A stretch of 64,000 nucleotides of DNA, from contig CAJINV010000003.1 of assembly GCA_905178155.1 (NCBI GenBank), forward strand, positions 3,715,600 to 3,779,599, written 5' to 3'. This stretch comes from Amoebophrya sp. A120. Its lineage: Eukaryota; Protista; Dinoflagellata. Position numbers and translations under genes: made by a program. Under the pieces are notes generated by a model that ran no database searches, had not been told where the DNA came from, and saw nothing but the letters and a program-made list of their open reading frames with translations. This document shows, piece after piece, positions 1 to 10,900 of this stretch. Position 1 is the stretch's first letter, and each line of letters opens with the position of its first letter.

Positions 1-152
1 TTTTCTGTCATTCAGAAACGCAGTTTGTCATGCAGAATAGGCAACACCTAGAAGCTCAGAAACTTGTCATGCTGAGCCAGCACTTGTGGCCTCCTCATGA
101 TACGCCACCCAGCATCACAAGTTTCCAGACCCAGACATTTTTGCATTTGATA
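1..152. mobile_element. Introner/MITE family A, copy A1 (partial, cut by window edge)
   Basis: Right TIR TTCCAGACCCAGACATTTTTGCATTTGATA ends at 152. It interrupts the minus-strand frame of ORF 115..486. Left end and TSD lie outside the window. Confidence 0.85.
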
Positions 153-3100
153 ACTGCAGGGGTGCGTTCAAAGCTTCAAAGTTTTCTGAGGAACCCGCGA
201 CGAGGTCCACCACGTCGAGTTTCCAGCGAATCCGTACAAAATCGCAGTATTTCCTCGTGCGCCCCTTTTCGTAGTTCTGCCAGGCACCCACCGGGTAGAA
301 CTTCTCGGTGGGACGAGAGTAGGGCTGAATGCAGGCAAGCGTTATCCCGGTGGCGAGACCGAAGGAAGGCGATTTCTGCTCGTACAGGAAGCGTCCGGGG
401 GAGAGGTCGTGTACTTGGAGCACATAGCTTCCCACGGGACCGCGGACATCATCTCTGGCAAACGGACGCAAGGCAATGACGCGCAACGAGGCCAGGTCGT
501 ATCAAATGTAAAAATGTCTGGGTCTGGAAGAATGCAACTTGTGATGCTGCGTCTGCATTATCCAAAAATCTGTATTGCATGAACAGCAAAAGAGGTCTGA
601 TTTTGGCCACGGCGAGAGGGGATTTCTCATGCGGCATAGGCATCAGAAAGCCCTCACAAGATCTGTGATGGTAGGGCATGCATCGCAGACATCAGGAGTC
701 ATGCAAAATGTGCATGACAAACCTTGCATCCTTCCAGACCCAGACATTTTTGCATTTGATAGGTCGACCGTGTTCGCCAGATTCCGAAGTTGCTTTTCGA
801 GCACACCAGGTTGCTCCTGCTTCTGCTCGTCATCTTCATTTTTACCGATCGCGGGGCTAAATGGACGCCCGTCCTCCACGGAGTTTTCGTCCTCACCCTC
901 ATTTATTCCGGAGCTTGATCCTCCGGGTCGGCGAAGGCCTTGCACCCTGCCAGCGGCATTCGCTGCCCAGTCCGGCAGGAGGTTCAACTTGAAGTGCTTC
1001 AGCCCAACTCGCACAGGAATCTTCAGCACTGGCGGAACACTGCGAATCACGCTGTTCTCGACACTGGGAACCAGTTCGAACCCCGCGGAAACGGAGGCGG
1101 GATTCCTTTTCGTTCGGTCGACTGACGGCTCGAACAGGCGCGCAAGTTGGAACATGCGCGGCTGGTGCAGGGCGGTGAACACGAATTGCGAAAACTCTCT
1201 TGTTGCGCACTTCGCAAGCTTTTCGTCCGGCCCAATCAACAACATCACAAGCGGAAAAAGCTTTGCCGGGACATTCAGAAAGTGCGCCCAGTCCGGGGTC
1301 ACTTGCGCGAGGTTGGTATTTGCTCCCAGTAGAGGACCCTGCCGAATTCTGGTGTTCTGCTGCTTTTTCACGTCGATCGCGCCACGATATACCGCAACGA
1401 GGTACTCCTTGTACAACTGACGCGCGATATCTTCCGCACTGGACTCTTTCATTAATTCAATCTGTTCCGCGGAATGCGCCTTGTGGACCGCCAGCACGCC
1501 CGCGCCGTCTGGAATTCGCGAAGACGATGATGTCTGGCTCAGCCGCCTCGCGGCCGGCCAAAAGTCGGGATCCACTTTGCCCATCTTCGCTTTAGCATCC
1601 TCCAGCCCTTTGTCCAAGCGATTCAAATCCAGGGTTCCTGCTCCGAGGGTGTGAGCAGCGCGGAGCTTTTGCAAACGTTCGGAGCTCTCTGCGGTGATCC
1701 CAGCCGAGTCTCGCAGGGAGGTGAGGTAGGATGTCACTGCTTTGTCCTTGACGCGACGGAGACGGACGGCACGGCCCACCGCACGCAACACCACGGAATG
1801 GTCATTGTCCGAGTCGCATATCCTTCCCGCGGCGGTCAGCTCGGCGACCAGAAACAAACCGGCATCCCAGACTTCGCCCACAGAGGTCGCGTTCCACCAC
1901 GTGTTGGAGATTTGCGCGGAGAACACGTCCGCGAAATTCACAACGGCCTGCCTGTGTAAATCTTGATACATAGCTTGCAAGACGGTTAGGGCGGACCGGA
2001 TGGTCTTTGCCAGCGCGTCCCGGGCGGGGCACCTGTCCCCGTGCACGTTCACGTCGCAGGAAGCTGCAATCGCTTGCAATGATCGCCAGTCCGCGGTCTC
2101 ATGCAACGTCTCGAGAAGAGCTTTCGTGCGCCGGAGCGCTCGCAGCTGGGCTCGAAAATCCCGGTGGAGAAAGAATGTGCCCGGCACATCCACGAGGGCG
2201 TGCGCAGAGAGCAGGCGAACGTTGCGGCAGCTGTAGGCATCCTTCAACCCGTTTCTACCCAAGTCGAAGCACGTCCAGTGTTTCGGCGTGCACGAGAGGT
2301 CGGCCCGGTACTGGCAGAACACCTCGGTTTGTGCATTTTTCACCAAGCCGCAGGAGCCCAATGCTGCTTTGGCTACTGCTTTGGACGGCGAGACGACATC
2401 GTCGGGAACGGTGCACACGGGGAACGACGCAGCGCTCCTAGACGCCCAGTACCGGGCCAGCGACGAAGCGCGCCCGGGACTCGCCGGCCCGAGGGCGTGG
2501 TGGCGGTCGCCTTCGGCGCTGCTCAGCCCAACGCTGACCGGAACACTTTGCCGCCACGACAACGACTGTAGCACTGGCGAGAAGAGGTACGGCAGGGCGA
2601 CGCGGGAAGCTTGCTCCTCGTCCTGACTGGCGGGAAGAACGACGCGCACACCGGTGACGATCATGCCAACAAAATGCAAGTGACAGAGCAGACCATTGGC
2701 GACACGAGGGGAGCTTGTATCTGCCACCTCGTCGAGCGGAGGATTCCACAGCGTGCGCAGCACTAGAGGGCAAATATCGAGCGCCACGTCTCCGCGAGTT
2801 CGCCCCACGTTGGTCAGATCTGTAACCGAGCTGGCGACGGCACGAAGATGATCCTGCTCCGGCTTGGAGATGAAACGAAGCATCCCTGGCAGCTTCCAAG
2901 TAAGCAGCCGATACGCGGCCGGCCCGGCCGCGCAGTTCACAAACGCGAACTGCCGTGCTGCCGCCGCGTTGTTTGGCGGGAAACTCTGGGCGCTCCCGAG
3001 ATCAAGTGCCGCGTCCTGCTGGAACCCGCGCTCCAGCGAGCCGAAATCGTCCACGTACATCAAGGCTCGCGTAATCTGCCACAGCGCATACCTCCGCCGT

Positions 3101-3894
3101 ATCAGCAGGAGGACGGGCACGTCAACCTTCAGCGGTGCTCCACGGTGTGCTTCTTCTGGATTAAGTCCGTTGCGCAACTCCTTCATGATCCGCGCCACCA
3201 CCGACGGATACAGGTTGAAGACCCTGGCGAAGGCCAGCGGGTTCAACAGTGCCCGTCGTTTGTCCGCCTGCGAGTTCTTGAGTAGACGGCTCCAGGCGTG
3301 AAGGGTTTGGCGCAGGTAGTTCTCAGCGGCCTCGAAACGCTTCGCCGCGGTGGTTTCGATCTCGCAGTCCCCCACGGAAATAGCGCCCGATTCCCACAGG
3401 CGATCTGCATCACCCCAGACGCCGTTCTCGACAAGAAGACTCGCGAGAAATGAACGCCGGGTGAGCGATGCTACTCCGCCGCCACCGGTAGAGCCTTTCA
3501 CTATGCCCATTTTCGCATCCGACTGGTTGGTCGAGGAATCTGCAACACCACTTGTCCCGAGCAGTTCGCGCTGCACGAAGCTGGTGGAACTGGAATCCCA
3601 ATCCAGCACTGCGTCGTTCACTGAATTAACGCCACTTAGAGAAGAACCACGTGCAGTCGCTTCTCTAATTTGCACTACTTGATTTGGGGGCGCCGGACTC
3701 CAGTCATCTTGCTCATCATCATAGTGCAGCTGCCCGGGACGATCTTCATCCTCACCATCAGCAACCGCCCCGAGGAAATCTGCGTCCGCCCCAAGTTCTT
3801 GGCTAACATAGCTACTGGCGAAGACGAAAGGCGAGGTGGTCGCACTGGCCACCCAAAGTGCCAGGAGCCGTTGATAATCTTGCCTGCATATCAT
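153..3894 (-). CDS. Large hypothetical protein (>1100 aa), 3' end runs off the window; exons ~762-3894 and 153-499
   Basis: ORF 643..3903 (first ATG at 3894) joins ORF 115..486 in frame after removing element 500-761 plus one GGTCG (..NTVDL-ASLRVIALRPF..). No domain recognised. Confidence 0.75.
500..761. mobile_element. Introner family A, copy A2 (262 bp)
   Basis: ~31-bp TIRs TATCAAATGTAAAAATGTCTGGGTCTGGAAG / CTTCCAGACCCAGACATTTTTGCATTTGATA. TSD GGTCG at 495-499 and 762-766. Confidence 0.95.
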
Positions 3895-4439
3895 GGTCTC
3901 CAAGATTAACTACGCTTCGCAAATTTATTTGATCTTGCACTTTACTGATTTATTGTAAAGCTACAGGTGGACCTCATCATCCGCATTTGCTACGCGAAGT
4001 TCGATCTACAGATACAGTTGTCGTGGTGCCTCGGTCCTTCATCGACAAGCAACAAAAAAAACCGCTCACCTACATCATAGAATTGTTGATTTTCATTTCT
4101 GACATTCTTGCAGCCCTTCTTTTCGAAGATCATACGTGCAATTTTTCACTATACGCATGCAAATGATCCCTTTCGCTCCGATGACACGAATGCCCCCCAA
4201 AACGACGAGATAGACGATTTCAAATGATGCCCCATCAAGTAGACTTCGACACGAATAGTGGACGGACTACTCCTGACCGACAATAGCAAGAGCACGACGC
4301 ACACACTTTTATTCCCCAGCTCATGCTGCATTTTGAAAACAATAATGTGCTCTTCTAGTGGAGCGAGATTTCCGCATCTACAACTCTCTCGCATGACGAT
4401 CAAGCCAAAGAGCACCTGCATGATAAACGCACACGGGGA

Positions 4440-7400
4440 AAAATCCCTGCCAAACCTAATAGCAGCCATTTTTCCCAGGCTCGTCAAGGGAAATGCAGGG
4501 CGAAAATGGCTGCTAAACCAAATAGCAGCCATTATGCCCAGGTGGTCCTACCTGAAAGGATGAATTTTTTTCAATCCGCGAATTTCCAAAATTTTATTTT
4601 TATCCCTTTCAAAAAACCGCGAAACTTCAAAAATTTATTTTTTTTCCACGTAAACGAGAACAGTACACTTATTGTGTCGGCTGGTGGGCGCGTGGGTAGG
4701 GAAAACTGGCCGGTCGACAGGACCGGGCTCACCTTCCGGTGAAAAATGGCTGCTGAACCAAATAGTAGCAGCCATTTTTTTCCGGCTCTTCGAGGGCGGC
4801 TATTTCGCGGCGCAAAAAGTTGCGAGTCGCCACGGAATGCCAATCGTTTCCCGGCACCAAGGTGAGCTTCTAAAGTGGCAAGCAGAACGGAGGCCTTTTT
4901 TTGAAGCGAAAAAGGTTGCGAATCCCCACGGGATGCCAACCATTTTCCGGCACCAAAGTGAGCTTGTAAAATGGCAAGCAGAAAGGAGGCCCTTTTTTGA
5001 AGCGCCAAAGGCTGCGAATCCCCACGGGATGCCAATCACTTCCCGGCACCAAAGTGAACTTCTAAAGCGGCAAGCAGAAAGGAGGCCCTTTTTTGAAGCG
5101 CTAAGGCTTGCGAATCCCGACGGGATGGATGCCAATCATTTCCCGGCACCCAAGTGAGCTCCTAATGTGGCAAGCACAAAAGGGAACCTTCTTTGAAGCG
5201 CAAAAGGTTGCGAACCCCCACGGGATGCCAATCATTTCCCGGCATCAAGGCGGGCTTGTAAAGTGGAAAGCAGGAAACGGGCCCGCTTTTGAAGCACAAA
5301 AGGTTGCGAGCCCCCACGGGATGCCAATGATTTCCCGGCACCAAAGAGAGCTTCTAAAGTGGCAAGCAAAAAAGAGGCCCTTTTTTGAAGAGCAAAAGGT
5401 TGCAAATCCGCACGGAATGCCAATCATTTCCCGGCACCAAAGTGAGCTTCTAAAGTGGCAAGCAGAAAGCAGGCCTTTTTTTGAAGCGCAAAAGCTTGCG
5501 AACCCCCGCGGGATGCCAATCATTTCCCGGCTCTAAAGTGCGCCTCTAAAGTGGCAAGCAGAAGGGAGGCCCCTTTTTGAAGCGCAAAAGCTTGCGAATC
5601 GTCGCGCTATGCCAATCATTTCCCGGCACTAAAGTGCGCTTCTAAAGTCACAAGCAGAAGAGAGGCCCCTCTTTGAAGCGCAAAAGTTTGCGAATCGCCA
5701 CGCTATGCCAATCATTTCCCGGCACCAAAGTGGACGTCTAAAGTGGCAAGCAGAAGAGAGGCCCCGTTTTGAAGCGCAAAAGTTTGCGAATCACCACGGG
5801 ATACCAATCCTTTCCCGGCACCAAAGTGGACGTCTAAAGTGGCAGCCAGAAACAAAGGAGCGCCGTTTTTGAAGCGCAAAAGCTTGCGAATCGCCACGGG
5901 ATGCCAATCATTTCCCGGCACCAAAAGGGGCTCCCAAAGTGGCAAGCAGGAAAGAGGCCCCGTTGAAAAATGGCTGCTAAACAAAATAGCAGCGATTTTT
6001 TCCCGGCTCTTCAAGGAGAAGTACTCCGGAAAAATGAGTGCTAAACCAAATAGCAGCCATTTTTCCCCGGCATGTCACGGGGAAGTCCACAGTGAGAATG
6101 GCTGCTAAACCAAACAGCAGCCATTTTGCCCAAGCGGTCCTACCTGGCAGGAGCAATTTTTTTCAACCCGCGAATTTTCAAAATTTTGTTTTTATTGCGT
6201 TGAAAAAACCGCGAAACTTTCAAGTTTTATTTTTATTTCAGGCAAACAACAGCACTGCATTTATTTTGTCAGCGGGCGGGCGGGTGGGAAGGGAGGACTG
6301 GCCGGTCGACTGGACCGGCCTCACCTTCAGGCGAAAAATGGCTGCTGAGCCAAATAGCAGCACTTTTTTCCGGCTCTTCGCGGGCAGCTCTTATGCGGCG
6401 CAGAAAGTTTGCGAATCGCCACGGCATGCCAATCATTTCCCGGCACCACAGTGGACGTCTAAAGTGGCAGGCAGAAAGGAGGCCCGTTTTTGGAGCGCAA
6501 AAGCTTGCGAATCGCCACGGGAAGCCAATCATTTCCCGGCACTAAATTGCGCCTCTAAGGTGGCAAGCAGAAGAGAGGCCCCTTTTTGAAGCGCAAAAGT
6601 TTGCGAATCGCCACGGGATGCCAATCATTTCCCGGCACCAAAGTGGACGTCTAAAGTAGCAGGCAGGAGAGAGGCCCCTTGTTGAAGCGCAAAAACTTGC
6701 GAATCGCCACGGGATGCCAATCATTTCCCGGCACCAAAGTGCGCTTCTAAAGTGGCAAGCAGAAAGGAGACCCTTTTTTGAAGGGCAAAAGGTTCCGAAC
6801 CCCCACGGGATGCCAATCATTTCCCTGCACCAAAGTGAGCTCCTATCTAAAGTGGCAAGCAGAAAGGAGCCCCTTTTTTGAAGAGCAAAAGCTTGCGAAT
6901 CACCACGCTATGCCAATCATTTCCCGGCACCAAAGTGGACGTCTAAAGTGGCAAGCAGAAGAGAGGCCCCGTTTTGAAGCGCAAAAGTTTGCGAATCACC
7001 ACGAGATGCCAATCCTTTCCCGGCACCAAAGTCGACGTCTAAAGTGGCAGCCAGAAAGGAGCGCCGTTTTTGAAGCGCAAAAGCTTGCGAATCGCCACGG
7101 GATGCCAATCATGAAGCGCAAAAGCTTGCGAATCGCCACGGGATGCCAATCATTTCCCGGCACCAAAAGGAGCTCCCAAAGTGGCAAGCAGGAAAGAGGC
7201 CCCGTTGAAAAATGACTGCTAAACAAAATAGCAGCCATTTTTCCCCGGCTCGTCAAGGGGAAGTGCAGGGCAAAAATGGTTGCTAAACCAAATAGCAGCC
7301 ATTTTGCCCAGGTGGTACCTGGAAGAATGAATTTTTTTCAATCCGCGAATTTCAAAAATTCTATTTTTATCGCGTTCAAAAAACCGCGAAACTTTGAAAA

Positions 7401-7630
7401 TTCATTTTTATTCCAGGTAAACGACAACACTACACCAGTTTGTCAGCTGGTGGGCGCGTGGTTCGGGAAAACTGGCCGGTCGACAGGACCGGCCTCATCT
7501 TCCGGTGAAAAATGGCTGCTGAACCAAATAGCAGCCATTTTTTTCCGGCTCTTCAAGGGGAAGTCCTCAGGAAAAATGGCCGCTAAACCAAATAGCAGCC
7601 ATTTTCCCCAGGCGGCGCTACCTGGCACGA
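4440..7630. repeat. Higher-order satellite: A-(96 bp)x~12-A-(96 bp)x~8-A
   Basis: 96-bp unit (TTGCG at 4820 and 4916, etc.) in arrays ~4811-5965 and ~6398-7205. Three A blocks (~4440-4800, ~5966-6397, ~7208-7625) contain the palindrome AAAATGGCTGCTA-N7-TAGCAGCCATTTT and an AT-rich segment. Confidence 0.92.
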
Positions 7631-7974
7631 GCAGTCTCCCTAGCGGACAGAAAATCCGTCTCTCTGTCCCGCACAGTGAAGACAGCAGAAAAACATGATC
7701 ACTCGTGTGTGAGTGGGTCTTTTATGTAAACATACGAGATCGATACACGACTGCTGGCCCGAGTATCAAATCAAAGCACAACGCAGCGGCAACGGTATTT
7801 CGAGGATACTGTATTGACGACTTTTATTTTAGCGGCAAGCTCCAAAATTCTACACGCGACTCCGCGGTTTTGAAAATAACCCGAAGACTGCTCCCAGCAG
7901 TTTACATACATCAACAGACAACAACAGATTCATCTACTCAGCAGTTTACCACATAAGTATTCACTTCCTTTCTC

Positions 7975-10900
7975 CTACACGTGATGGTCCTCGTACCCGT
8001 TGTAGGCCGACACCAGCTTCCTGTGTTGCGAGGGCTGCCAGTAGCGAACCAAGCGACGAATGAGGTAGATGGGAAACCACGCCACGAAGATAATCCCCGC
8101 CACCAGCAAAAAGAATTCCGGGCGCAGGATGAAGTCCAAGCGAAAGAATTGCGGGGTGGAAATCATCGTGTACAGGACGAGCAACAGACTGACCAGCTCC
8201 CCGATCAAAATCAGCGGATGCCACACACTCACCTCGCAGATCACGAAGAGGCACTCCAGCAGAAAGCAGGCCGTGAAAACGATGGACACGATGTTGATCA
8301 TCTCCTCCTCGAAAAACCTCAGCGCCAACAAGATAATAACCGCCGCGTTGAAGACGGCGGCCGCCACCCACAGGAGGAAGATCTTCACGCTCATCCGTTG
8401 CTCCTCGCGCAGCCCGGAGTACAATTCCGGGTACAGCAACACCGTGGTTTCCGGCAGTTCCGTGTCGAACACGACGCTGAAAAGCAAAAACATGGTGTAC
8501 ACACTGGCGTAGCCGACGTACAGGACCCCCTGGAACAGGGGGACGGACACAAAGTAGAACAGCGCGGAAAAAAGTGCCTGCAGGAAGGAAAACACCAGCC
8601 CCCGGTGGATGATCAGGATGGACAGCCGGACGGACCGCTGGAAGTTCAGCCGTCCGTGGACGAGGAGCAACCGGCGCAGCACCTTGAAGTTTTCCACCGA
8701 GTAGTCCGCCGCGAGGGACGCCTGCTGGCCCTCCTTCCCCCGGATGCCGACCCCCACGTGCGCCGCCTGAATCATACTGACGTCGTTGCCGCCATCGCCG
8801 ATCGCCAGCGTGCGGCACGGGATTCCGGAAGAGGAGGAGCTGGTTGCGCGGTTTTTGCTGTTACGACACTGGCAACACGAGGAGATACTGCTCGCTCGTC
8901 CGCCTCCTCCGTACGTCCGAGATGCGTGGTTACCGCGAGTTCCTTCTGGTGGCCCCCGCGGCCCGGAAGAAGACGATGATGAACCATGATGAACCCCCCC
9001 GCCCCGACTGCCGGAACCGGACCCGCGCCCACTGCTTTTGTTGCGGGAAGAACGTCCGCCACCCGCTCCACCGCCTCCGGTCGCTCCAGAACCGCCACCC
9101 CCGCCCGAACCGTACTTCTCCAGCGCCAACACGATGTCCGCTTTTTGGGTGGGCGAGCAGCGGCAGCACACGATCGCGGGCGCCTGCTTCGCGGTGGTGA
9201 TGAAGGTCTTTACGTTCTCGGGCTTCAACAGAACCGTGAGCACCTTCCCGTCGATCACCAGCACGGTGTTGCTCACCTTCAGCTCGGCGTACTCCGCGAG
9301 CTTCATCATCACCTCTTTGGTTTCCACAAACTTGTTCTCCAGCACGAACAGGTTCTGGTGCCGCGCCTTCAAGCTGGTCGAGATGGCGATGCAAATTGCG
9401 GTTTCCACCTTGTCCCCGGTCAGCATCCAGATCTTGATCCCCGCGTGCCGCACGGCCTCCAGGGTCTCCTGCACGTCCTCCGTCAGCATGTCCTCCACGC
9501 CGGTCAGGGCCACCAGGTCCAGATTCTGCTCCAGCACGTCGACCGCACGCCGAATCTTCTCCTCGCGGGACCGCATGGCGTTTTTGGCGGTGTCGTACTT
9601 CTTTTTCCACTCAGAATACTCGTTGAACGAGAGCAGCTTTTTGGCCAGTACCAGGGTGCGCAAACCCGTGCGCGCGTAGTTCTCCACCTCTTCTTGCAGC
9701 CACGAAGACTGGTGTTTCCGTTTCAGAAAGTCGCTCATCACGTTGTCCGCCCCCTTCAAATAGAACATCACGGGACCCTGCTCTGTGCTGCTCGGCGAGT
9801 CAGCAGCTGTTGCCATTTTTACATCAGCAGACGACCCCGGTTCCATCGAGCAGCTAGAATTACGTTTATTGTCGTTTGTTTGACTACCATGCTCCTGCTC
9901 TGGTTTGTTCTGTGAAGGTCCTGCAAAAGAATTATTTCCAACACTACAACTTTCCCGCTGAACCAAAATGCCCATGCGCTTGGTTTCGCTGGTGAAGGGG
10001 AAGCACTCCAAAATTTTGTAGCGCAGCACGTCGCCGCTGCCGGTGAGAGTGACCTCGATCTGGTAGTCTGTGCGTTGCGTGAGCTTCAGGCCGCTGCTGT
10101 TGGCGAATTTGACCAGCGCTATCTCGTCCGGGGAGGCACCCTGCAGGTCCCAGCTGCTGCCCGACCCGTGCGGAGTGACGTTGTGGCACAAAGCGAGACA
10201 GCGGATGGCGTCGAAGATGCTCTCGTCGGTGCGCGCGTCCACGTTTTGGTGCGGCGGGGGCGCTACAGGAGCTATAGTGGACGACGAGTCAAAAAGGCCA
10301 CGACCACCCGCTTCTTGCGCGTCTTGATGTAGTTCCTGAAGAGACACTAATTCTTCCAAGGCACCAGAGCCTCTCGGTAGCTGTTGAGCTTGTTGTACTA
10401 TCTCCTTTCCCGTGGTCCACAATTGATGGAAATTTTCGTGCTGATCGTGGTCTCCCGCTGACGCTGGATCATGTCGGGCTGTTCTCCGCCGAGCGGTGTT
10501 TTGTCCGTCATCTCGTTCACCGAGAAGAGGTGCTTCTATTTGCGGATAATTCCGTTCGCAATTATGATTCACGTGAGATTCTTCTAGCATGACGTTTTTA
10601 GCTGGACCCCCGACTCTTGATATAGGGTCTTTGTCCTCGTCTCCTTCGAAGAACCCGCGGGAGATAGTACCTGTCGCTTCCTGGTACCCCACATTTTCTT
10701 TCGAATTGTTTTCTTGCTGCTGCTCCAGCAAGACGCAATTTCGCACGGCTTCGCGAATGCGTGCCAGGTCCTCGGGACGCTGCCGCGTGGTGAACTCACC
10801 GACCGAAGTCCGAAGTTTCTGGAAAATCATCTCGTTGCGCGTCAGCGTCCCGGTCTTGTCGCTTAGGACATAATCGATTACCCCTAGCTCCTCCGGGCGT

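Noticed and set aside
4440-7630. CRISPR array (palindromic ~33-bp repeats with ~30-bp spacers)
   Set aside because: The spacers are homologous to each other, there are only 2-3 repeats in a row, no cas genes are present, and the context is eukaryotic.
7640-7680. CACAGTG (RSS/Transib-like end) and a small hairpin at the right edge of the satellite
   Set aside because: I found no matching left terminal repeat or TSD, and a 7-mer is expected by chance.
4571-7698. ORFs with repeated peptides such as GMPIISRHQSELLKWQAE
   Set aside because: They are by-products of a 96-bp (32-codon) repeat. The frames shift and stop at random and occur on both strands.
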